A stretch of 64,000 nt of DNA from Camelus ferus (taxonomy: Eukaryota). The translations under genes were made by a program, and so were the position numbers. The stretch is taken from positions 992,001-1,056,000 of the forward strand of contig NC_045696.1 of NCBI RefSeq assembly GCF_009834535.1, read 5' to 3'. The notes beneath the pieces are model-generated. The model made no database searches, had not been told where the DNA came from, and saw only the letters and a list, made by a program, of their open reading frames with translations. Below are positions 33,201-64,000 of the stretch, one piece after another; position 1 is the first letter of the stretch, and the number at the start of each line of letters is the position of its first letter.

Positions 33201-36200
33201 AGGTGCTTCCACGTCTCCCTGTGATCCTGCTGTTCCTGACTTCTGCTTTGCGACCAGAGAACAGTCTGTGATTTCAGTCCTTTTCATTTGCGGGGGTTTG
33301 CTTCGTGGCCCGGGATGTGCTCTGTCCTGTTACGTGCTCCGTGGGCACTTGAAGACTGGGCACTGCTGGTGCGGGCGGCATGCCCTGAAGCTGCTCGGAC
33401 CCTGCTGCTGGGGGCGCGGTGGTTTGCTCTCTGTCCCCGCGGGTTTTCATCTGGTCTGCTGCTGAGAGGCGGGTACTGACTTTTGCATTTGTTGTCGGGA
33501 ACTTGTCTGTGTCTCCTTGCAGCTCCGTCACAGTTTTGCTTCGCATTTTCGCAGCTCTGTTTGCTGCGTGCACACTCGGCATTGCTGCGTGCCTTGCTGC
33601 ATGGGGCTCTGCCTGCGGGTGTCTCCTTCTCTGTGAAATCTGCCTGATGCTAATATAGCTGGTCTGCTCTCCTTTGATTAATGTTTACATGATGGATCCT
33701 CTTCCATCCTTTCACTTTTAGCCTAACTATTGTATTTGAAATGAGCTTCTTGCAGACAGCATACGGTCGCCGTGTTTTTTAATCCACTCTGCTAATCTGT
33801 TATATAAGGTTTATTTAGACCACTGATATTTAGTGTGGTTGTTAATGTATTAGAACTTATGTTTGCCGTTTCATTTTTTGTTTTCCCTTTATTGCCTCTA
33901 CTTTTGTTTCTGTGTGTGTGTCTTTCTCTAGGTTATTCACACATTCTTCAGGATTTCGTTTTGGTTTCTGCGTTGTGGTTTTGAGTGTATCTCTTGGAAT
34001 AGCTTTCTTGGTGGTTGCTTTCCGTGTTAGATGGCCAGTTGGAGTGCAGTATTGAGGCCTCGCCTTTGTGTCACCTTCCCCTCCACCGTGCATAGTCCGA
34101 GTGTCTTCCTTTCTCCACATGCCGTCAGAGCCACCTGAGGCGAGGCTGCAAGCTTTGCTTCAGGATCACGCATTTAGGAAACCGGAGAGGTGGGCGTCTG
34201 TTTACCGGCAGTTTTACTCACTGTGTTCTTTCTCCTTCCTGATGTTTCAAGCTTCCTTACTATTTTCTTTCTGTTTAGAACCTCCTGTAGCCATTCTTTT
34301 AGGGCAGGTCTGCTGGTGACAAATTGCTCTCTTAGTTTTTCTTCATCTGAGAATGTCCTGATTTATTTTTAACACCTGAAGGACATTTTCAATGGAATAG
34401 ACTTCTGGGTTAACAGTTTTTTTTCTTAACAGTGAAAAATGTGTCATTTCCTTGTGACCTTCCTGGTTTCTGATGAACAATCCACTGTCATTCTAATTTT
34501 TCCCCCCAAGGTGTCATTTTTTTCCGGCTACTTTCAAGATTTTTCCTTTTTCTTTTTCTTTGTGCTTCGCTTTCAAAATTTGAAATGGTATGTGTTGGTA
34601 TGCTTTGTTGGGGGGGGTCCTGTTTGGGGTTCCTTCAGGTTCTTGACTCTGTAGATGCATGTCTTTTGCCAAATTTGCAAAGTTCTCAGCCACCTTAGGT
34701 ACTTTTTCAGCCCCCTCCTCTTTCTTCTTGTTTTACTCCCATGACACAGTGTTACGTCTCGTATCATACAGTCCCCTAGAGAGTGAGGCTCTTTTTTTCT
34801 TTTCTTTTCTTTTTTTGGTCTGCTTTCTCTCTGTTGCTCAGACTTGGTGATTTCTATTGTTCTGTCTTCCAGCTCCATGCTGCTGTTGAGACCATTTGCT
34901 GAGTTATCATTTTGGTTATTGTATTTTTCAGTTCTAACTTCTCCTTTATCTCTCCTATTTTCTGAGACTTTTTTTTCATTTGTTTCAAGCATGTTTGTTA
35001 TGATTTTTTGAAGCATTTCTATATAGCTACTTTTAAATCATTCTCAGATACTTTAAAAATCTCTGTCACCTTGGAATTGATGTCTGCTGATTGTATTCCA
35101 TTCACTTAGAGGTCTTTGTGATTCCGACTATGCTGAATGACTTTTTTTATTGAAACCTGAACATGTTGAGTCCTATGTCACGAGAACCTGTTATGAGGTG
35201 TTAATTTCTCTGTTTTACCTGGCTCTTTCTGACACTGCCCTGGCGGAGGGGAGGGGGGCATGCACCTCCATACAGCCAAGTGGTGGGGACGTCCCGGTCC
35301 CCTGCTCCGCCCTCCTCACACTGAGGGGTGGGTGGGGGCTCCTCCTTCCTGCTGGTGGGGATGGGAGGTCCAGCCCCCACGTGACCTCCAGTGACACCAC
35401 TGGGGGGAGGGGCATTCTCACGGTGGCTGCCGGCAGGTGAGTCCTGACGCTGCCAGGGGAGGGGCACCACCTGGTGGGAGTGGAAGTCCGAGCTCTCCTA
35501 GTGGTCTCTGCAGGGGGAGCACTCCGTCTCCCCACCAGGCCGTGACCACCTCTACCCGACAGGGGTGGGGGCTTCATTATAGCCTGGGTCGTGAAGGTGG
35601 GGTCTGGCTGGAGTAGAGTGGCTCCCGGCTCTCAATGTCCTGTCCTGCTGGGTGGTGTGGTCCGTCTTCTGGTCCTTTGGCCAGAAAGAGCTGCTTTTGT
35701 TGTTTTTCTTCCTGTGTCTGGCATTTCTGGTTTGCTGGCTTCCTTGGACCCTTTTAAAATACACGCAGCAGAGAGAAAAAAGCCCAGGGAACACAGTGCT
35801 GTTGCCCCGGGCTTCCGGGCCCGCGCTGGTCTGCCCCGCCCGCTCTCAGCATCACCTTCTCACGTGCGTGCTCTGTGCTCTTACCTGGTTCGGGCGTATT
35901 TGGGGGAGGAACAGACAAGACGCGCCAGCTGCATCCTCCTGGAAGCAAAGTCCCCGATGGCTCGTTTCCTGGTTTTTCTTTTGAAAATGAACTTTCTTAG
36001 AGGGGCCAAGCGTGCCGGTGCGGAAGGGCTCCGGGAGACCACCAGGGAGCAGAGGTCTGGGGCTGTGGGCAGGACTCGCATCCAGTCTGGCCCACAGGCA
36101 AGGGAGACCACCCTGGACCCCTGCCCCCAGCGGCCTGAGGACCGGGAGGGACGTTCCTGTGAGCAGCGCTGGTGGGCGGCCTCACTGGTCAGGGTGGACG

Positions 36201-36788
36201 TGGCTCTGTGCAGGCCGTGGGGCCCCGGCCGGGCGACCTGGGCTGCCTGTCCTCCACCAGACTGCACTGTGCGGGACGTGCCCACCTGCGCGGGTGTCCG
36301 GGAGGACTTGGCCCCAGAGCAGAGCACACGTTGCTGTCAACAAATTGATCACAGTGCCCTGGGGCAGATCGCAGAGCACTGGGTGTGCGGACCGCTGAGC
36401 GAGGGGACGGGCTGGGCCTGCTCCCGCCCCCATGACCCCCGGCGCCCAGCCTTGTGTCCCCACGGCCGCTGAGTGGGGTCTGGTGTGTCCCGCCCTCACT
36501 TCGCCCTCTCTGTTTCAGTTTCTCGTCTACTTCATGTACTTCCTGGTGCTCTTTGTCGCCTACTTCTTCGCGGCCCTGCTGGTGGGGCTGCAGCACCTCC
36601 GACGGGGCATCCACCAGCCCCTGCCGCCAGCCCAGGAACTGAGGAGCCCCGTGCAGGAGAAGGCCGTGCAGGACGGGGCCCTGGGCAGCCTGCAGCCCGG
36701 AGCCCGGCCCCTGGCCCTGGAGGACGGCGTGGAGGCCGCGGGGCCGGCCTCCCCAGAGCAGAGCCAGCAGCCTGAGGCCAAGGCCTGA
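21039..36788 (+). CDS. SLC19A1: Reduced folate carrier (solute carrier family 19 member 1), spliced CDS join(21039..21227,25237..25996,26067..26259,28729..28870,36519..36788), 517 aa
   Basis: Exons sum to 1554 nt in one frame. Translation shows hallmark RFC motifs: [29 protein letters not shown] (N58), [53 protein letters not shown], GLGLP. Adjacent to COL18A1 as in other mammals. Confidence 0.97.
25237..25996 (+). CDS. SLC19A1: SLC19A1 coding exon 2 (760 bp)
   Basis: acgcag|GTC ACC AAC ... CTG CTC G|gtacgc; VTNEITPV...ADAASTLL. Confidence 0.96.
26067..26259 (+). CDS. SLC19A1: SLC19A1 coding exon 3 (193 bp)
   Basis: gcacag|GT GCC ATC ... GCC AC|gtgagt; AITSFAAGFVKIRW...FLVPIAT. Confidence 0.96.
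27700..28520 (-). mobile_element. Degraded antisense L1 fragment in SLC19A1 intron
   Basis: T-rich antisense-L1 wording (ggcctcggtcgttctctttaaagacttccttgggtatttttg, ggggattctaattcgaa). Confidence 0.45.
28729..28870 (+). CDS. SLC19A1: SLC19A1 coding exon 4 (142 bp)
   Basis: ctgttcag|T TTT CAG ATC ... TCT CAG|gtgagc; [47 protein letters not shown]. Confidence 0.95.
31151..31222. repeat. 36-bp imperfect tandem duplication
   Basis: gctcttccctggggccgc(c/t)gacgc... at 31151 and 31187. Confidence 0.8.
32150..32494. mobile_element. MLT1-like (ERVL-MaLR) solo LTR
   Basis: ggaggctggaagtcagaggtcaaggtgt...gggacaccagtc...cacccttatgacctcattt...cacagttcagctcacagca are characteristic MLT1 motifs. Confidence 0.75.
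32521..32817. mobile_element. Tigger1-derived MITE (TcMar-Tigger)
   Basis: gttttttacaaattgaagatttgtggcaac...tttttagacctaatggtattgcacacttagtagacta...gggaaacca match Tigger1 terminal regions. Confidence 0.75.
36519..36788 (+). CDS. SLC19A1: SLC19A1 last coding exon (TM12 plus short C-tail, TGA stop)
   Basis: tgtttcag|TTT CTC GTC TAC...; FLVYFMYFLVLFVAYFF...PEAKA*. Confidence 0.93.
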   Translation, partial: FLVYFMYFLVLFVAYFFAALLVGLQHLRRGIHQPLPPAQELRSPVQEKAVQDGALGSLQPGARPLALEDGVEAAGPASPEQSQQPEAKA

Positions 36789-37040
36789 CCCTGACCCACC
36801 TGAGCTGCTCTCCCAGGCCCGCCTGGGCCGCCAGGTTCCTGACGCCAGAGGCAGCCCGAGCTTGGGGTCTTGACCTCTGAGCCGACACATCCCTGCAGCC
36901 GGGTTTTTTGTCATCGTCCAAATTCCAGTGTTGAGATGGTGGAGCCAGTGACTGGCGGGCCCCGAGTGGTCTGTCCCCATGGCCCCCACCTCGAGGGCCA
37001 CCCACCTCAGTGGGGAGCCCTTGGCTGGTCCCGTGGCAGC

Positions 37041-37084
37041 CTGAGCCTGGCAGCCCGAGCCTGGCACCCCGAGCCTGGCACCCC
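37041..37084. repeat. 14-bp x3 tandem repeat in SLC19A1 3' UTR
   Basis: gagcctggca(g/c)ccc repeated three times. Confidence 0.75.
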
Positions 37085-38715
37085 TCAGCCCTGGCTCTCA
37101 CCCTGGCCGTGGCCCACCCGCGGCCAGGGATACTTGGCCAGCTGCCTGGCCACCACTGGCTAGTTTGCTGTCGCTGCCTACATGCAGCCAGTAGTGGGGC
37201 TTCACGTGCCCACCAGGCCTCCCCGCCTTGGGAGGCAGATCCCACTTGTCCCCAGGAGCAGGCAAAGTGGTCCCAGAAGCCAGCCTGAGGACCCCAGCCC
37301 CCCACAGGGTGTCCTGGGCCCCGCAGGCAGGGGGGAGAGCCCTGTTCCTGGGCTCATGGCTAAACTGTGGTGTTTCTAGTTGTCCAGGTGCTTGCAGTTT
37401 AAATGATTCTCTGTTCCTTTTTTAAAAAAACTTATATGAGAACCCTCGTTTGGCGTGTTTCTCGGGGAGAAGCCAACATGGGGGGTGGTGGTGTCTCCCA
37501 TTGGTGGAAAGCAGCCCAGTCTCCTTGGTCCCCCTCTTCCCCTCAGGCCCCCTGTCCCTCCATCGCACCTGACGTGGGTTGACATGATTTGCCTCAGATG
37601 CCCAGAGGGGACTTGCCGGTGCCAATGGGCACTGCCGCAGGGCCTGGAGCCAGCCCTGCTTCCTGAGATGCAACACAGCCTGCTTGTCCCCAGATGCGTC
37701 ATTCGGGTTCCTAACTCCACGTGGTCCATCGGGAGGCCAGGAGAGGTCCCCGCCCTGCCCCCAGCCACAAGCAAGGACCCACACCCTGTCCTGAGCTGAG
37801 CCCTGCCTGTCCCATGACCTCAGCCCTCGTGCAGGGCAGGGTCCCCCTTGGGGTCCACAGGACAGGCGCTGCGCCGAGTTCAGAGCAGGACCCTTGGTGG
37901 AGGAGGGGCTGCTGGACCTGGGTCATCTGGGGTCAACTTACGCGAGGGGGGCATCTCGGACACCCTGTGGGTCCGGAAAGAGGCCCAAGTCACGGCCAAC
38001 AGTGGGGGCTGCGCAGGGCAGGTGCTCCCTAGGCTTGTGCATGTGGGCTTGCACAGCTACCCCAAGGCCCTGCTGGAAGGGGCCACGCGGAGTCCAGGGT
38101 CCCAGCTCCGCACCCCTCCATGCCTGGAAAGCTGGCAGGGCTTGATGGGGAGGGGGGCTCGCCTCTGGCTGCTGACCGCAGGAGGCGGGCTCTGCTCTGT
38201 GCCCCTCCCCCAGCCTCCCCCACCCCCACACCACCAGCACCCTCCTGGCAGCGGGTGGTTGGCGCCGGGTCCTCCAGCTCCACCTGCTCCCTCTGCAGCC
38301 TCCCCACCACCGCCAGGGCCCCGCGCTCGGCCTCTGCCAAGCCGACATTTCTCTTGCTTCCGAGCTCCTAGTGCATCAGTGCCCACGACCTCTTGGGGTC
38401 AGACACGTCCTGGGCCCCAGCGAGCTGCAGCAGCCGTGGGGGGATGCGGCGCAGAGTCTGGGAGCCCAGGGTACAGACCATCTGCATGGCTCTGACAAGC
38501 CTGTGAAGACTGCTAGCCACCCCCAGGGGAGACCCTGAGAGAGAAGAAGGTGTGTGTAGGGCACATCCATGCACATGTGTGTACACCCATGTCTGTCTCA
38601 TGCCGCTGTACACCTGCTCACATCCGTGTGCCTCTGTGTATACCCACGTACACCAGCACACCCCGCTGTACGTCGCACATCCGTGTGCCAGCGTCCCTAT
38701 GTAACAGCCGTGTGC

Positions 38716-39745
38716 CAGCGCCCCTATGTAATCTGTGGGTTCTACAGCTGAGGATTCAACCAACCACAGCTTGAAAATACTTTTTAAAAATTCAAGAAAG
38801 TTTCAAAAACCAAAACTTGAATTTGCCATGTGCTGGCCACTAAGTACCTGGCCTTTACATTGTATTTACAACCATTTACGTAGCATTTTTATTGTATTAG
38901 GTATTGTAAGTAATCTAGAGATGATTTAAAGTGTATGAGAGGACATGGAAACAACGTAAATGTCCATCTGAAATACTAAATATTAAATACTAAAAATAGA
39001 CTTACCCTATGATCCAGCAATCCCACTCCTGGGCGTACACCCAGAGGGAACCCAAATTTGAAAAGACACCTGCACCCCAGTGCTCATAGCAGCACTATTT
39101 ACAACAGCCAAGACATGGAAACAGCCTAAATGCCTACTGACAGCTGACTGGATGAAGCAGCCGTGGTGTATGTACACAATGGAATACTACTCAGCCATAA
39201 AAAGAATGAAGTAATGCCATCTGCAGCAACATGGACCTAGAGATGATCATACTGAGTAAGTCAGAGAGAGACAAATATCATGGTATCACTTATGGGTGGA
39301 ACAACAAAAAAAAGTGATACAAATGACCTTATTTACAAGACAGAAGCAGACTCACAGACACAGAAAACAAACTACAGTTACCAAAGGGGAAAAGGGGGAG
39401 GGATAAGTTGGGAGTTGGCAGATACAAGCTACTGTGTACAGAATAAATGGGTCCTGCTGTCCAGCACAGGGAGCTGTATTCAATACCTTGTCATTAACCA
39501 TAAGGGAAAAGAATCTGAAAACGAGTATGCATGTGACTGAGTCCCTTTGCTGCACATCAGAAACTAACACAACATTGTGAATCAACTAGACTTCAATTTT
39601 AAAAACTAGGAAAAAAGTATGTGGGAGGCTGTGTGTAGGTTATATGTAAATACCACACCGTTTTATATAAGGCCTTGAGCACCTGGGGTTTTGGCATCCA
39701 CGGGAGTCCTGGAGTCAGTCCTCCAAGGATACTGAAGGAGAGCAG
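38716..39745 (+). mobile_element. MER2/Tigger3-like MITE split by an L1 insertion
   Basis: Left half (gtgggttc...gattcaaccaacc...gtattaggtattgtaagtaatctagagatgatttaaag) and right half (ggaggctgtgtgtaggttatatgtaaatac...ccaaggatactgaagga) are contiguous in the consensus as recalled. Confidence 0.8.
38944..39613 (+). mobile_element. 5'-truncated LINE-1 (ORF2 3' end plus 3' UTR)
   Basis: ccctatgatccagcaatcccactcctggg, atagcagcactatttaca, ggaatactactcagccataaaaagaatga, actaacacaacattgtgaatcaacta plus A-rich tail; degenerate TSD at 38928-38943 and 39614-39629. Confidence 0.9.
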
Positions 39746-39945
39746 TTTACCTGAACACCGTGCAAATCCACACGTATCTGTGTGTACCCGCGAGCACCTG
39801 CACACCCGTGCACGCCCGTGTGTACCCGAGTGCACCTGTACTCCTTCTGTAGGGTCGCCCGGCTGGGCTATCCGGGACAGAGGCTCCCCGAGTTTTCGTG
39901 ACATGAAAACTGCTTGCAAACCAAGCATCAGGGTAAACAGTCATT

Positions 39946-39951
39946 TTTATT
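39946..39951 (-). terminator. Candidate distal COL18A1 polyadenylation signal
   Basis: TTTATT on + (AATAAA on -) about 1.5 kb past the COL18A1 stop, followed on - by a GT-rich stretch. Confidence 0.6.
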
Positions 39952-41256
39952 TGGAGCCTGTTTGAAAACCACACACACAGTTAACATGACCAGCCCCTCC
40001 AGTGTAGTCACAGTGCTCAGACAGCACAGTCTGGGCTCTGGCCACCCCACCAGCTCCCCCAGAGCTGCCTGCATGCACCCTAAAATGTCCCCTTCATTCT
40101 TCCCAAGAGAAGGACGACCACAAAGATTTTCCTGTCACGCTGGAGCAGCAGTCGTGAGCAGGGGCCTGGGCACAAGCAGCCTTCACCCCGCCTGCACGGG
40201 GCCCACCCGCAGACGTGGCCCCTTCCTGTCCCGGGCCAGCTTTGACCCCTCCGTGCAGCCTCGCCCATCCTGAGGCTCTGCTGGGGAGGCCCGGGGGCTG
40301 TGAGCCATGTCCAGGCGGGGCACGTGTGGCTGTCCCCTTTGTCTATGAGGTTTTCTGAGCTCCGTGTCCTGCAGAGGTGAACCTGAGATGCTGGCGCCAA
40401 GCCCAACAGAGAGCGGTTTGGACCCAGGGCTTTTGGGGTGCCCAAGTTTGGCCCAGCTGGGCCCCAGGATGTGCTCCTGAGGAAAGCTGGGCGGGTGCTG
40501 AGCTGGGGGTCCTCGCCCTGGGGGAGGAGAGCTGTGTGTGAGGTCAGGGTGGGGCACTGCCACTCCCTGGTTCACGGACCCTCCAAACTCCCCCAGCACA
40601 GCCAGGGTGGGGGTCAGGCCCTTCACTGGGTGTGGCCACAGGGGTCACCCGAGAAGCCAGCATGGAAGAGAGGCCCGCAGACAGCTCCATGTGGCAGAGC
40701 TGCCCAGGGGACACACAGGCTCTGCTCCCAGCAGCGTGGGGGGGGGGCAGGGGTTGGAACCCGGGGTCAGCAGTGGGGCGCTGAACTACACGAAGCTAAG
40801 AAAAGGGAGTCCGTCTTCCCTCACATGCAGTGACTGAGCTGTCCTGCCGCTTGTCAGCTGGGGAGGGAGGGAGGGCCCCTTCTCTGCTCCTGCACAGCTC
40901 CTGGGCCTGGTGGTGAGAGGGAGGATGGGGGCTGGGGGGCAGCTCCCAGCACCTCCTCACGGCTGTTCTGCAAACAGGCCTGAGATTTGTGCGTGAGGAG
41001 GAGGGCGGGACAGGATGCCTGGGGTGGCCGAGGGCCCTGCTGGGCACCCGGGAGGCCCTGGGTACACGCCTCCCTGGGTGGTAGGTTCGAGTCGGCCTCC
41101 TGCAGAGTGAGGGCCAGGTCTGCCCCTGGTCCAATCATGGCTCCACCAGCACCGAGGCCCCCGCGTGAGCAGCCTGGCCAGGGCCCCGGGAGGGACGGAA
41201 GAGTCTTGGCACCAGGCTGTTTTAAACTTTTTAAGAAATACACTCTTTGGCTTCCT

Positions 41257-41262
41257 TTTATT
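41257..41262 (-). terminator. Candidate proximal COL18A1 polyadenylation signal
   Basis: AATAAAAGGAAGCCAAAGAGTGTATTT on -, about 180 nt after the stop. Confidence 0.65.
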
Positions 41263-41441
41263 TCTTGAGGGTTACATGGAAGGTGAACCACACAGGGAAG
41301 TGTCCCAGCCAGGTCCCTTCCCTGGGGGCGCCGGCGAGGCTCCCTGCCCTGCCAGGGGGCACCTCCGTGTCCCCGGCCTGCCGCCTGGCCTCCTCTCTGG
41401 CCATCTGTCTGTCCGTCCTGTCCGCTGAGCCAACAGAGGCC

Positions 41442-63800
<22,359 letters not shown>

Positions 63801-64000
63801 CTGAAGGCGGGAGAGAGACCATTAGTGCCCAGCCTGAACATGGAAACGGACCCCCACCCCAGGCCCCTCCGCAAAATGACTCCCCCCCGGAGGGCGGCTA
63901 CGCGCACAGAGCTGGAGCACCTTCCGTCCGGGCGCTGTGGTCTGGGTCTGTGCCCGCTGGCCCTGAGCTGGCTCCGCCTGGACCCCGACCACCCTCCAGC

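Larger units (their letters stand above)
30600..35230 (-). mobile_element. Long old antisense LINE-1 (L1M-type), interrupted by MaLR LTR and Tigger MITE
   Basis: Minus-strand translations such as KITLKYKSNK...LHMKNNKMLKETEEAPSKWRGTP and ILKKECK resemble L1 ORF2; ORF1-like ELEDRTIEITKSEQQRE near 34.8 kb. Confidence 0.75.

Overview
Mammalian genomic DNA, probably camelid, judging from a Vic-1-like tRNA-derived SINE at about 11.2 kb. It matches the SLC19A1/COL18A1 tail-to-tail locus (human 21q22.3 synteny). From 5' to 3': (1) a full-length but non-coding class I (ERV1/gamma-like) provirus at 130-6795 with two LTRs, a tRNA-Arg-like PBS, a PPT and a 4-bp CTGC target-site duplication; (2) nested old repeats and two CpG islands (about 11.9-12.8 kb and 15.5-16.3 kb), the likely SLC19A1 promoters and non-coding first exons; (3) the complete SLC19A1 (reduced folate carrier) CDS on + in five coding exons (21039-36788, 517 aa by my exon sum), including a GC-AG intron and a 70-nt intron; (4) the last 34 coding exons of COL18A1 on - (63800 down to 41442, 926 aa plus stop), covering collagenous domains, NC1 and endostatin. 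Nearly all entries in the ORF track are GC-rich noise. I see no convincing previously undescribed biological system. The best leads are the mosaic LTR pair of the provirus, its possible promoter or splice link to SLC19A1, a putative in-frame 45-aa N-terminal extension of SLC19A1, and lineage-specific substitutions. Repeat family names and human/mouse comparisons are from memory and need database confirmation.
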